A stretch of 63,959 bases of DNA, filler included, from Bigelowiella natans CCMP2755 (Eukaryota > Protista > Cercozoa): NCBI GenBank assembly GCA_000320545.1. It is 5 parts of 5 records of this genome, joined end to end, with 100 filler letters (N's around TTAATTAATTAA, not from the genome) between each part and the next. Parts side by side here need not be neighbours in the genome. Positions count along the whole stretch, not along the records: positions 12,281 to 35,744 come from ADNK01003335.1; positions 35,845 to 53,725 come from ADNK01001104.1; 3 more parts are not named here. One strand, 5' to 3'. Positions 27,336 to 41,784 of this stretch are shown piece by piece. The position numbers were made by a program, and so were the translations under genes. Numbering within the stretch: position 1 is the first letter of the stretch; each line of letters starts with the position of its first letter. Under the pieces are notes generated by a model that worked only from the letters and a program-made list of their open reading frames with translations, searched no databases and was not told the DNA's origin.

Positions 27336-27666
27336 GTATATAAGCCATTGCATCGTTTGAATACAACTAGTTCATATTAAACTTAAAATAATACCTTTTG
27401 AATGACACCTCTATATATATATATATATATATATATATTTCTCTATTTCTCCCTTCCCCTTCCTTTATTTGTGCGTGGGTGATGAAACGCGTGATTCATA
27501 TTCTTTTCCTTGCCATTCCGAATAAAGTTATATATTTGAACATGGTCATTATGTTTTGTTCTTCCCTGATTTTAACTGAAATATTACTTTCATAAACTCT
27601 CTCCTTGGTCTCCTATCGTTGACGAAATTAAACATAATCTTCTAGTGTTTGATAGCATATACTACC

Positions 27667-27996
27667 ATGAGGGCAGTAATTGAAAATAAGACTGCTCGAT
27701 TTGACGTGGAATTAAAGGTGGTAATTTTTACAATGTACAACTTTCAAATTAGTAGCACTTGTGAAGTCATTATTGCTACTTTCGAATAACAACAAACATA
27801 GGCTTTTTTGGATGATGATGATGATGGTGATGACGACGACGATGATGACGACGATTACGATGAGGATGACAATTTTAGTAAGGATCCCGCAGCAGAAGCA
27901 GGGGAACCAAGGAGGCCTTCAGCTAATGCTATCATTACCCCTTCTTCGCTTGCAAATCGCCGAAAACAAAAGCTTGGCAAGACAAGAGTTTTTTAA
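27667..27996 (+). CDS. Small acidic hypothetical protein (2 exons) or 3' end of a longer gene
   Basis: MRAVIENKTARFDVELK|AFLDDDD...KQKLGKTRVF* joined by a phase-0 GT-AG intron. No family recognised. Confidence 0.4.
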
Positions 27997-29117
27997 AGAG
28001 TAATTCCTTTTGTAGTAGCATAATCCTGACACTTACCGCTACAACTCTGAATATTTAGGATTATTGTCATTTGTATTCTGTTGTAGTTCATGTATGTATG
28101 AAACGGCCCAAAGCCAGCAGTTTTCCTTGGTAATCAGGCAATTATTATCACATTAAAATGTGGGCAGCAGCCATGTTTTGTAATCACAAGTAGTAGCACC
28201 CATACAACCTGCGCCACGTTATCGGCAGCAGACACTGTCTCGATCGATGTAGGTAGTCTCTAGCTATGTCGTCAATTAAAAAATTGTCATAATCTATACG
28301 ACATGCAATGTGCATGCAGAATCGCGCGCATCGGCTAGCAGCTAGTAGCATCTAGGCATGGCCGCAGCATTTCTGGACTAGCAGATTTCATTGGCAGCCA
28401 TGCTAGCATGATGGCTCGTTCACATCACCACTGGACCATGCACATGATGATCAGATTAGCCACAGTTCTAGTGTTAGCTAGCTAGCTAAGGGGGCTATCC
28501 AAAATTCACAATTTAATGATTCATCATTCAGCACGACATGTGTCTCATCACAAGTCATGTGTAGCACACTACATGCTAGCATGCCAATAATGCTAACTAC
28601 CATGACAACCTTTTGGTCGCAAGTTGCAGCTGTAGCTATGTAGCTAATGTAGACACACTGAGATGGAGTTATGATCACAGACACTGCATGACTAAGCGCA
28701 CATAGCTAGCTAGCTAGATAGTAGATAGTCTGCTACACATGCAACATGCCACATCGCTTTGTTCGATCGATGATAGCAGCCTAGCTAGATGCTGGACTTG
28801 TAGCGAAATGTTGATTCGCGCATTGTGCATGCATGCTATACAGCTGCTTTTCAATAATAATAACGTTGAAATTAACGAATTGTCATTTGCAGAGGGCGCA
28901 TGTACATTTGCTAGTGTATTTGAGGAGGACTCACTCTGATGATGCCAAGTTTCCCACGACAACTGTCATCAAGTGCAGCGCAAAAACCTGCATGTAGTAT
29001 GCGAAACATGAGAAAGAGATCATTAGAAATCATATTTTAGACTTAGAATGGTTTCAAAATGCCGCTTCATCCACCCGAATTTTTCCGCCGTCTTCCACAC
29101 ACACTCATACTCTCATA

Positions 29118-29217
<100 letters not shown>

Positions 29218-29329
29218 AATATATTTATGGTATTCAAAATTGAAGTGTAAATTTTATGTATATATCCATATTTATTTAAATAAATGTTTGCTTACCCAAT
29301 ATATAATTTCATGACCACACAAAGTCTTC

Positions 29330-29771
29330 TGGAACTCCTTTGTCACCTAAATATTAGTATAAATTGTAGATGATCTGATCAGAGAGAACGGTAGTAGATT
29401 TATTAAATTTAATTCAATTGTAATACCTTCATTGAAAACTTAGGAACTAATGCGTAGAATATCCCTTCAGCAAGGATAAACTAACATATAATGATTATTT
29501 CCTATTGTTATGCTTTTCTTACAGCAAAGATTTATGATCATTGAAAAGCAGGTAATCAAAAACAGTATACCGATTCTTGATTCAAGATCTATGTACAAGG
29601 ACATTGCTACCTGAAATACTTCAACAACGAATATCACGGCTAGACCCAGCAATATTACTTCACTCCTAATGGATACATATGCATATGATGAGTAGACTAA
29701 ACAACAAACCAAATCATATATTACACACATATAGTCGGGTGGAAGTGTATGTGGGGCTGTGTATAAGGGGT

Positions 29772-29817
<46 letters not shown>

Positions 29818-30350
29818 GATGTTTCAGTTTCGAGCACAAACAGCAGCAGAATATTTACTTCACGCCAGCTTTGTATCCAGAAACAGTAGGAAATCTAAAA
29901 GATAGTAATGCCATATGGGATTTATTTTTGTATCCAGAAACAGTAGGAAATCTAAAAGATGATAATGGCATATATATAGGATTGGTTTACTCTATGGTTG
30001 ATCATTAAATATCACCATTCCGAACACAAAGAACGGTGGTCTATATAAAGATAGTGCTTTCATCAAGACATTACAACAAACACATATTTTTGTCTCCTTT
30101 CATGTGCTTTTCTTTAAAGTTCCCAAGGGCTCACTGCTGGTACTCCTACTACTATTACTACTACTACTACTACTTAAACCACCTTTTAGTTGCGTGGGCA
30201 TGGGTGATGGAGTGGAGAGGAAAACACTGCAGATATGATGATAAAATACAACAGCTTCTTATTCAATGATGATGATAATATTATGTATGCGGAATATTCG
30301 ATAATAGCACAACAAAGATAGTGCTGAAAATAAGTGTGTGTGTGTGTGTG

Positions 30351-30408
<58 letters not shown>

Positions 30409-31057
30409 TACTGATCTCATTTATTAGATAAAAATTAGATAATTCTATCTAAAACACATGCAAAAGGCGTCATGAATTTCCTTCAATTAAACATTTAAAG
30501 TACTACTATGCACAAAGTGAAGAATTGCGTGAGTCCTTTCAGTAGAAATGTATGATATCGCCTCCTTTGCACCGACTAGTTGTTGAATACGGATGGAGGG
30601 GGAAAGGATAATAATATAACGAAGTTAGAGGAAATCAATTAGGGAACAACTCAGTAGTTTGTTCTATCACTATGTACCATCAGCGCATTTTATAATCTAT
30701 AAGCACTAACATTTGTCTACTTGTAAAAACACTTATTTTTTATCATATATTTTACTGCTTTTATTCAAGAGAGTGAATTATGATAATTATATTATTATCA
30801 TTATTATACGATTATAAGATGGTTGGCAGACACCTATATACTACTACTACTACTACTACTGCTACTACTGCTACCTCATAGTCTATATCAGTCTCCAACT
30901 TAGGAAATATACATCCCACCAGCATAGGTAATGCCTAATAATCAATGTGGTTGGAGGTATAAGGGGAGGGGGAGAAGGAAGAATAGAAAAGAGAGAGAGA
31001 GGTGGAGGTCAATCAATATGGAAGGAACAAGAGATGTACATCACATCAACTTCCATT

Positions 31058-31098
<41 letters not shown>

Positions 31099-31560
31099 AT
31101 TATAGCTCTATTTCCATTATTGACTCATTTAGACCAGATTGATGTGATTATGTGTGATATGCTATCATCGTCATCATCATTGTTAATCATCATCATCATA
31201 TATGTCTGTCTGTCGCACATGTCCTAGCCGTTTCTCAAAGTCGATAAATCCACGAATAATACCCCCAACCTTCCATTGATAACGATGATTATGGTGGGGG
31301 AGGAGGAGGATGAGGAGGAAAGATATTAAGAGTAAAATGATTGTAATTTTATCATCATCATCATAAGCATCATCATCTCATATCTAATATATAAATAATA
31401 CAATAAACTTACCGAGAAAACTAAGCTAAATAACCCAGAAATAAGGGCAAGAATTACGATCTGATCCACGCTTCCAACACTGATTGATGATGATGGTTAT
31501 GATGATGATGATGATAATGATGATGACGGTGATGAGGAGGAGGAGGATAAGAGAAAATAG

Positions 31561-31625
<65 letters not shown>

Positions 31626-32007
31626 AGATAAATAAACAAGAAAATAGCTTCACATGAATAAAATCCAATGATTGATATACTTGTAGTATCATCATCATCA
31701 TCATCATATTTAAGAGCTGCTGCTACCACCACAGTGTACCACAATCTAATCAACATGATAGTAGTAGTAGTAGTGCAATTATCTATCTATAACCTTAAAT
31801 AAAGAGTGCGATGGAACATACTCCATATCAAGCTTCAAACACAAAATCAATGATGGTGATGATGATGATGATGATGATGATGATGCTACTACTACCATGA
31901 TGTGAACAACACTACTACTAATCAAACTTACTCGCAGCCAAACGACGCGTAAAGCACCCACCATTTTTCCCGCACAGTGGTATTCTAAGATGTGTTTATA
32001 ATATGTC

Positions 32008-32042
<35 letters not shown>

Positions 32043-32747
32043 CAAGCAAAATAAGAAGAGATATCATCAGTAGTACGTAGTATTATCGAATCAGATTTAC
32101 AAAGTAACACTTGTAGTACTACCACTACTTACTTGCTACTACACCTTTTAGCTGCTGCAATAGTAGTTTTAAACCACGACAACCTACCTTTTGGAGTATT
32201 TGTTGGAATAACACCCCTTTTCTACGATGTTTTCCCTTCTTCCTCGCCATTTCACGATGCATTGTCGCTAAGAAGAAAAAGAGAATAAACCATTATATCA
32301 AATAAAACGAAGTTAATGATAATGACGAAAACAAATGAGAAATAGGCGATAGCAGAGGCATGATGAGAGAACATTAGGCTGGTGGAAGAATATATCTTAT
32401 GCTATTATCAAAGATAGTTAGTCACAGGACTACACTGCTACTACCTACCCTTCCCCCTGTTATTTTCTCTAACGAGTATTACACGCTCACACACACATGC
32501 ACGAATAAAAGAGAATAATAATACATTAGATGATAAATAGCTGTTGTAGTAGCAGCCGCAGCAGCAGTAGTAGTAGCATTGCACATCTCCAAAAGAGAAG
32601 GAGGTAGTGGTGTCTCTTGACAAGCATTTATTTAGCTGACGGGATACTTACTTGATTTGACGTCGCCTGGCTTTTGGATCTTTTTGCTACAAATTATACA
32701 ATGACAGTGATGATGTTGGTGATAAGGTTGATGCTGATAAAGATGAT

Positions 32748-32780
<33 letters not shown>

Positions 32781-33768
32781 ATTCGAAATGATGATATAAC
32801 TGTCTTCTTCCCTAACAAATACTACTATTTTAATTCATATTTCCTTCTCCTTGCCCTCCACACTCATGTGGTAGCAAAAATGGTTAGACATTAGTAACAT
32901 GCTTAAAAATATGTGATGTCAGTCATTATTATACCTTACAAATCGAAGGAGTGTTGACCAACATATGGCTGCGACATGAAATATGATATAATCCGTAGCA
33001 GAACTGCCTCCATTTTGAGCATTCTAAAAAGGTGTCGTGGTATTCGTTGGTATGTGTGTGTGCGTGTGTGTGTGTGTGTGTGTGAATAAGAGGGGGGAGG
33101 GAGAGTTGAGAGAGAGAGAGAGAGAGGAAGAGAGGAGAGAGGAAGAGAGGAGAGAGGGGAGGATGTGATAGAGAACTTAATTATTTTTCCCGAATTCGGA
33201 TGATGATGTAGCGTCTACATCTTGTATGTATTTTGTCCAATGATAACACCTCAATCACAGTATCAGTGAGGATTGTAACGAATATGTACTGGAAATACCT
33301 TCAAAGTCATGAATATATGTGGATTCATAAGATGTTGAATGAATATAGGCATGGAGAGAGGGGGAGGGAGAGGAGGGGGGGGGGAGAAAGATGTTGAAAG
33401 AATATAGATATGGAGAGAGGGGAAGGGAGAGGGGAGGGGGGGACAAAGAAGACAATTGAACCTCCCTTGCCGTGAAACAGCAGTTTCGTCTATCATCATA
33501 TATAGCATCATATAACATTGATGATATAGCTTCTGCCCTCCTCCTTCTCCTCCTTCTCCTCCTTCTCCTCCTCCTCCTCATCATCATCATCATCATCAAG
33601 AGTGATGATCCATGCATTCATAGCTTGTTTCAATAATCACGCTACCATAATCCAACAAAAACGATGATTGACCAAAACATTCCATAAGAATATGTGCTCT
33701 GATTTGCGGTTTAAATAACACCACACACACACACACACATATTCTATATGTGCTCTGATTTGTGGTTT

Positions 33769-33809
<41 letters not shown>

Positions 33810-34673
33810 TCTATATAAATTAATATATATATTGATATTGATATTGATATTATACTATATCTCCTTGGTAGACGTGTTGATTCTATTGCCCACAGCTTTT
33901 AGACCACGAATTCACTTACTCATAAATAATGCTGCCTCCTTCTCCTCCTCCCCCCCACCATCATACATCACTCCTTCATCATCATGATGCTAAAGCGCTA
34001 GTTTCTTATCAGGGTACTCTCAACTCGATAAAGAATGGACTCCTCCTCTCCTTCTTCTTACGGCATCATGTTGTGCATTGTCATTACTATTCATATTATA
34101 ATATTTAGTTATTTATTTATTTGTTTTATCGTTGTTGTTATTGTTATCATAAGAAAAGCAAAAAGTCACACCTTGTTCTCCTCCTCAAGGACCTCATCCT
34201 CGCCATCCCCACCTGGAAGAGTTGTTCAATAGTAGTAGTGGTAATAATGAGAAAGAGGAGAACAAAATAACATAAAATGTACAAAAGAAACATCATTTTT
34301 ATTTACTTATTTTATTTTTACGATTAACAAGTACGTGGTGGTGGTGGTGATGATGATGATGATGATGATGGATTATGGTTTTGTAACGTATCAGTAGGAA
34401 TAATATGTGGTAACTGCTGCCATTGTTTGTACTTTAAAATATTTGCCAAAAATCCTCCTAATCCTAATCCTTTCATAGATAATAGCCGTATTCTTCTCAA
34501 ATAGTTACTACTTGTTTCTTCATCTAAAGGTGGGTTGATATGCTACTACTTGTGGTACTACTCTTGTTATTATCCTCATACATTTCTTCTGATAGTACCA
34601 TACCTTGACGAGAAGAAGTAGTAGTCATCATCATCATATTTGTACGACCTCTGTGCACATGGTATCTAGAATA

Positions 34674-34725
<52 letters not shown>

Positions 34726-34887
34726 ATAAAAGATTATTACTCAAGAAAGAAGATGTCATTTATCATTAGAAATAAAGACGACTAATACCCAAAAGGTACT
34801 ATTGAGATAAAGAAGACAATGATCGCTACTACACTAGTCCAAACTGATTATTAAAACAACCACACACACGGTGTTTGATGAGGCATA

Positions 34888-34946
<59 letters not shown>

Positions 34947-35290
34947 GTAAGTCAACAACAGTAGAAGTAGTAGTGTTAATATGATAATGAGGATAATGAG
35001 GATGATGATGATGATGATGATGATGATAATGATGATTTCACGCCAGAAAATAATTCATACACAGTCTCTGTGTAAAGGTTGCAAGAAAAGTAGTAAGAGC
35101 ACATTTTGCGCAAACACTAACGATGAAAAATCAATAAAGTAAGGGTGCTTCTTTCTCCCTCTGTCTTCTTGCTTACTACTACTAATAATAATAATAATAA
35201 TTATTTATTATCATCTGCTGTGAATATGTTCCTTCTCCTGTTTTCTCTCCTCTCCTTCTCCTCCTATATCACTACTAGTGGTAGCATAGC

Positions 35291-35324
<34 letters not shown>

Positions 35325-35398
35325 TCACCTGCAGAGGCGCTGTAATAAGAGACACTGAAACCGTAGCAGACTATAACGAGAAAGATCTACCACCAACA

Positions 35399-35400
<2 letters not shown>
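29330..35400 (-). CDS. Probable multi-exon, multi-pass membrane protein of unknown family; boundaries approximate
   Basis: Short AG/GT-bounded hydrophobic segments between microsatellite blocks, e.g. YGMFWSIIVFCWIM, VGSVDQIVILALISGLFSLVFS, ALPMLVGCIFPKLETDIDYE, SEVILLGLAVIFVVEVFQ. Confidence 0.3.
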
Positions 35401-35431
<31 letters not shown>

Positions 35432-35571
35432 CAAACACATTATACAACATTGGAATGAATGTTTCCTACTAATTAAATGATGTTTGCATTCTTCTTGAAT
35501 TCTTTCTCCTTCCTCCTCTTCCAATCATTATTTAAGTAGCAAAGAAGTTGGCACTTAGGAAACATACGAGC

Positions 35572-35610
<39 letters not shown>

Positions 35611-35744
35611 TGATAATGATAATGATGATGATGATGTGATAGCGTAATGGTAATAATAGTGATAATATTAGTGTATTCGCAACAATAACAATAACAACAA
35701 CAACAACAACAACCCATTCAAAGCATACTAGCCCAGAGCCTACA

Positions 35745-35844
35745 NNNNNNNNNNNNNNNNNNNNNNNNNNNNNNNNNNNNNNNNNNNNTTAATTAATTAA
35801 NNNNNNNNNNNNNNNNNNNNNNNNNNNNNNNNNNNNNNNNNNNN
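35745..35844. other. Assembly spacer
   Basis: N44-TTAATTAATTAA-N44. Confidence 0.97.
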
Positions 35845-35859
35845 TTTGAAGTATCAACA

Positions 35860-36497
35860 TCACCGTCCTGTGCCATAGCTTGGCAGAGGTGGGCAACAAA
35901 GGCCACTGATCCTTGGACTCTTCTCCCACCGCTCGAAGAGTCGCCCTACATCAGAATTCGTGCTATGTTAGGGGAAATGACAGAATGAGGAAGGTGGGGG
36001 GAGGAGAACTAACGTCCAGCATTTTCACCACCCCGCTTTAAGTAACACGTACCCTTAGGATAAGTGGAGAGTGAAGTGAGAGGTAATGTTGAATGGAGCG
36101 GTGACCCAGCATCCAGCCGGGATAAGGAGGTAGCAACCTCCATCTTTGGCAACGGTCTAGCAGGAACGAAGAAAAAGGAGTAGGATGAGGAGGATGGGGA
36201 GGTTTTTGGATATTGCTAAAGCAAACTACTTACCTGAGCTTTTGCGATTGCGTCGGCAAATGCTTGGGAATTGACAGTTTTGTTGCCGCCAACCGCTCCA
36301 AAGTCAGTAATTGAGAACGTGTACTGTTTTTTTCATGAAGATAGTAGGTCAACATACCATTAAATATCTAAGATTAGTTATGTGAGCAACGACCTTTCTC
36401 TTAGGAGCTGTCATTTTTCGCCGTCATAGATGCTCTGAAGGCTCGAATTGGTGCTTGCCGCCATGAGGACGAGAATAAAGATGTTATACTAGTTCAT
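35860..36497 (-). pseudogene. GH28 polygalacturonase-like gene, 5' part, with disabling lesions
   Basis: YTFSITDFGAVGGNKTVNSQAFADAIAKAQ|TVAKDGGCYLLIPAGCWVTAPFNITSHFTLHLS*G|ATLRAV...WPLL(+1 frameshift)PPLPSYGTGR. In-frame TAA at 36055-36057; frameshift near 35891. Confidence 0.75.
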
Positions 36498-36962
36498 ACA
36501 GTCATATAAACAAATCAAAGTCACTGTTTGATCCGGGAATAAAGGCAAGGCTTAAAAATCAATGATATTGGGGGGTCCACCATGATTCCGGATGATCCTT
36601 CCAGGAAAAAGAGAAATGGAAGGAAATTATCCCCGGCGACAACGTTCATGCGAGAAAATTTCAAGTTTTCCGAGACATGTCGCTTGTGCAAAATTGGTCT
36701 CCTCCTTCGAATGTTACGAGGATGATCATCATGACGTGTTACGTCGGGCATAGCTTGTAAGCGATTAATTCAATCGAGGAAACATCCTAAGACGTGCTTC
36801 CCTCGAAAGGATAAGCGTGAAAAAAGTCACCATCCGGTCGGTTGCAAGCAGCTAATGTGTGTGGTTTTATAGCAAAGAATATCGTAATTTTTAGATGAAA
36901 ATCAGCTCTTCGGAACGTCGCCTTTCAACTGATCTCGTCGGAACGTCGCACTGACCAACGAG

Positions 36963-37390
36963 ATGACGTCCAAGGACGGGTCGGGAGGCTCCTCCACAGC
37001 CATTCTTCTCAAAGCGGCCACCCTCGGGATTGCTTTGGGAACTGGAATGGCTATGTATTTATTTTACGACCGCCTCCCGTGCCAGAAGAATCCCAAAGAT
37101 GACGAGGGAGAAGGTCAAAAAGAAGACAAAAAGGCTACAGGTGACATCCCTCTAAAAATCTGGCACACGAAAAGATGCAGCTGATGCAATGTTATGCTTT
37201 TTAAGAAATAAAGGAGCCTGCAAAAGAAATGGAAAATGTAAATATTGAAAAAGAGGAAAAGCCCAGAATCGTCGAGCCGGTAATAGAGCACATATCTTCG
37301 GCGAAGTACAAACTGAAATCTTGACAAACCTCTTAGGTGCCGAGCCCACCGAATGAGGAAAAAGATGACGAGGATAAATTGGGCGAGTAA
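36963..37390 (+). CDS. Small single-pass signal-anchor protein with charged tail (3 exons)
   Basis: MTSKDGSGGSSTAILLKAATLGIALGTGMAMYLFY...KKAT|EIKEPAKE...RIVEP|VPSPPNEEKDDEDKLGE*; GT-AG phases are consistent. Confidence 0.65.
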
Positions 37391-38314
37391 TGATGAGGCA
37401 CCACACACTATAAAGATCACTATTCACCCAACAAAAAAAAGAGAATAGTAAGCGCGCACACTCCTGAGCATCGACAACACATAAATTAGCACCACTAACT
37501 AGCTTACAGCTGCACACAATTTCTTTCTCCTACCTGTCGAAACAGCCTGTAGTGAGGGGGGCCTACTATCTCCAAATTTATTTTTTAGAAAACCGAAAGA
37601 ATATTAAATTAAAACATTGATTATTTGTGATGGCCATCATCAGCTCATGGGTAATAACCGGGTCACAGGAACTAGAGCAGAAAGGAGCTAGGCAATGACT
37701 TAGCCTCGAAATCATTTTTAGTAACGATTAGCGATATTTTATAACCCTAGTTTACAGCCTAGAGTACATAGGGTCTCCTTCACCCTATCTCAGAATAAAA
37801 TACATTGTACGTAACATGAAGCTTATTTAGTCAGTATGAGTTGCCATCCTTGTGAATCTGATGAGTAATAGAGTATTATTGAAGTAGAATCTTCATACTT
37901 ATCAAGCGAACGCATGATTCTATATTCATACGTCGCGGTTTATTCTCTAGCCGCCTCCTTCGATATTCATATCTAGACATTGGCGACGGCTCACTATATA
38001 CAGGCTGTAGCAATGTACGTTGTGTGCGCATTCTTGCTGGGTTTTGATCCTGATCCGCAGCATCCGTAGATTATCATGCGAGAACAGATCATGCACATAC
38101 ACACTTGTCTCGACTACGACGCCTGACGCTCCATCTCTTGTTGTACGTACACGTGTTACTGTCACAGCATGCAGCAGACACGGCTATGCGCATGATGTAC
38201 ACTGTGTCGCACACATCTATTAACTCAAAACATACAGCACACGCCACGTGTTCATTGCATACTGGCATAGAACACATGTACGTATATGTGAATGCACGCA
38301 TCTAGATATGTGTA

Positions 38315-38351
<37 letters not shown>

Positions 38352-38839
38352 TGTACGTGAGAAGAGCATGACGAGCAATAGTTCTTGCAAGTGTGAATTC
38401 GTACATAGCTCGCTCCCTCTTTATTCCCTTTCTTTTGCGTAGAATGCTTCTGGCGCTAGCTAACGTTATTGCGCTACTTTCTATACATGCATGCGTAGCT
38501 ACATGTGTGTAATTGTGCCATGCATGCATCACATTGCACAGTGTACATTGCAATTTTGCACAGTATAGAATGCAATAGTGTTATAGACATCCTCACAATC
38601 TTGCATGTAGGATTGATGACTTGCGAATAGAGGCATTCCTATTTAGGTATGTACCTGCACTGAATACGATGCTATGATGCGCATCCGACTTATTCAGCAG
38701 CAGTGTGTGCATGTTTCTATATTATATTTTAGAGATCGGACATGAGCAACCGTGGGCTTACTTACGTTGCGTGATATGACACCTCTAACAAATACATTGA
38801 GGCACAATCGGTCCTTCAATACATTACGACTGTTTCAGT

Positions 38840-39833
38840 CTAAAACTCTTGGGTGAATTTAAATTCCCTCCCAAGAATGTCTGATATTTCTGAGACGAGC
38901 AAATCATGCATCCGAGTTCTATCTTCCCTCTCACTTATCCATTTTCCCTGCTCTGGAGAATATTCGAACCTGGGGTTAGTTAAATCAGGTCAGTATAGTT
39001 ACAAGACATTCAATCAAATCATTGTTACTTGTTCGGGCCACTCTTTGGGGATGAAAGCCATATCTATTCAAGATTAATCAATTTTATCCGGAGAACTGGC
39101 TATATCTTCGTTTTCTTCTTTCAAGTGTTGGAACCAAAGACTTTCGGGTTCATACAACAAGACTCGCTATTTGGTTAATCTGATAGGTCTTGAAGAAACG
39201 GGTAAATTTGGGAACGCATACAGTTTATTTTTTTTTGAAGTGCACCTGTCTCGAAGCTGAATGTTTATTGATTATCCAGACTCCGTGATCTCGAGTGACA
39301 ATCGACATCACACCTGACTGGAAAATGTACATCTGAGCCCCAGCGCGCTTGCCGCGCCCACAATGGATCATACCAACATAGCACCGGTACTAGAGACAGG
39401 GAAGTGGGAAGGAAATTCATACGTAGCACAAGGCAGACCGAGAAATTGACGTCGTCGAAGGGGAGCGCGTCGTCATCCAGACTCTCCTACCAAATCGCTT
39501 TTCTTTAGCGGGAAATTCGAACATATATTGCATGAAAAATGAACGATTCACTCGCAAGTTATCCCCTCAAGCAACCTCTAAAATTTCCATGACTTCATCT
39601 ACGAGCTCAGGATAGTCCTCTTCCGACACGGTAAAAGAGAAGTGACGGCTTCCAACGGGGGCGGACATTGCAACCCCGTTCCTGCCGCACATCTCACTCA
39701 CTATAGACGGGATGCGAAGCATACAAGGTATAACGGAGCTATAGGAACGGAGGTAGCCGAGTGGAGAAGGGAAGGCCCTGATTCGAGGAGAGCTCGCGAC
39801 GGCCACAGCGCGGCGGAACCTCCGCATCGCCAT
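38840..39833 (-). CDS. FXN: Frataxin (mitochondrial, CyaY family)
   Basis: Arg/Ser-rich presequence MAMRRFRRAVAV...; EEDYPELVDEVMEILE; SGVMSIVTRDHGVWIINKHSASRQ|IWLSSPKSGPNK|FEYSPEQGKWISER...LLVSEI. Confidence 0.93.
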
Positions 39834-40133
39834 TCCAGCCAACAAGGAGGTCTGTAAAGAATCAGGATTTCTTAGATATATCCTGTACATAATATTGCCC
39901 ACTAATCTACTCAGGCACTCCTCATCCGTGGCAAGTTTTTGCATGGTAACATATCCCGGCCATAATTTAACCCAGATTTGACCAAGGTATTGTGAGACAT
40001 ATATCGAAAGGTGAATCGATATATTCACCAGATATTTCCGGTATAAATAAATGTCTATTTATAAAAGCGGCCCACCCGAAGCGAAGGATACCCAAATCGC
40101 ACAATCGCCGACTCGAACCCACTTCCTTCATTC
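39834..40133. promoter_or_regulatory. Compact divergent intergenic region (frataxin / PheRS alpha); probable bidirectional promoter
   Basis: 300 bp between two head-to-head ATGs, free of microsatellites. Confidence 0.45.
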
Positions 40134-41746
40134 ATGACGGAGTTTACCATACGCTATCACCCCTCGGACGTGCCAATCGCTGCCATAGCGACTGCAATGC
40201 TCGCAACGTAGCTGAGAAACCCCTCATCCGAAATTCCAACTTTCACATCACTAAAATGAATGAATGTTTTGAATGTTTTTATTGTTAGTCATCAAGTTCT
40301 TTTCCCCTTCCTCCTCCCCTTCCTCTGCCCCAACTTACGCCCCCTCTAAGCTCCAGATATGAGAATTCTTTCTTCATTAAAGTTGTATCGGATGATACAG
40401 TGTCTCAGACGCATCTCGACGAGAGAACCTCGCTCACCGGAAGCATTACAATCGCACGATTCATCTCACGCACATCGGATGTACAAAATCGAGGTAGCAG
40501 GTGAGTTCGTCGATTTCGTATGGAAAGTATGACTAGTTGGGTAGAATTTTTAATTGTTCGCTACCCAGCGCAATTGCGGGTGGAGAAGACTTGCTGGCTC
40601 TTTGTGAGATCGAAAGGATGATTGAGCTCTCAGAGGGAATTATAGGTACTCGACCTAAATTTTGTCATCACGTATTGCTTAAACTCCGTAGAAGATAGAT
40701 GTGTCGCGATTCCAAATAATGCAGGATCAGAGGACGATGCGGCCTCCTTGAACTGGATCAAGCAGCTAGACCGCCATCTTGCACATAGATCCGTCATCTC
40801 GGGGAACGCTTCCCTCACCGTTGCAGACTGTGTTGCTATGGAGGCCATTCTGAAGTCTCGCGCCTCTTGTTTACGCGAAATATCAACGATTCTCGGTTTC
40901 TCATTTGATAGATTTTTCTTTGAGAGTTATGTAACATATAAATACCATATTAGCGACGACGGACCCAAAAACTATAGCCTACACCAACAAAAAACGACCT
41001 ATTATAGCCAACGCATTAGCACACATGCACACATTGATCAACCATCCAGAGCTCGAACCAAAGTCGTCGCCGTCGTCCTCATCACACTCATTGTCCTCCG
41101 GTGGGGCTGGGCCGGCATCGTACGTGAATCTCCGAAGATGGTGGAAGTTTCTGCGTGCTAACACGGAGCACCGTCAAATAGCCGCTACTGGCGTTCTTCA
41201 GGCTATGTCCCGTGATCGTTCGCTGCGTGCAACGCTTTCACGGAGGACGGGACGGCTTGCTTTCACAGACGGTACAGCTTTGATCGAGATAAGAACGTTC
41301 ACCTCAATCGATTATTCCACTCCCTTTCGACCCGCTGTCGTCGTGTGTATATGTACATTCTGTGATGTACGTATGCATGCGACCTAGAGCAGCGCCGACA
41401 AAGATGAATCCGATATAGGTAAGGATGGCCGTGAGCTCTTCGCACGTGAGATCGGTTGGAAACTCGCTGAACCGGTGGAAAGCATCAAATTCGCCAGACA
41501 CATATACTGCCTTAACTTACGCACATCCAAAGGTAAAACTGCTAATTTCCCCTTAAAAAACAGGGACGAGTAGGCGAGTAGGTGGTTCGGCCAGGCCCTT
41601 GACTTAGATACCGTCACCCTTTCAAAACATCCCATTTAAGTGAGGCAGGGTCAGGGGGAAGAGGGGGGAGATGTAGCAAACGTCAGAGAGGACATTTGGA
41701 GAGAGGCTCTGCAGCAAAAGTGACTGGGAGGGAATCATCACGCCAA

Positions 41747-41784
<38 letters not shown>

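Noticed and set aside
36055-36057. In-frame TAA/TAG in GH28 as evidence of stop-codon reassignment
   Set aside because: The same gene also has frameshifts. TAG ends frataxin, TAA ends the 37-kb and GH32 genes, and conserved PheRS and helicase exons have no in-frame TAA/TAG.
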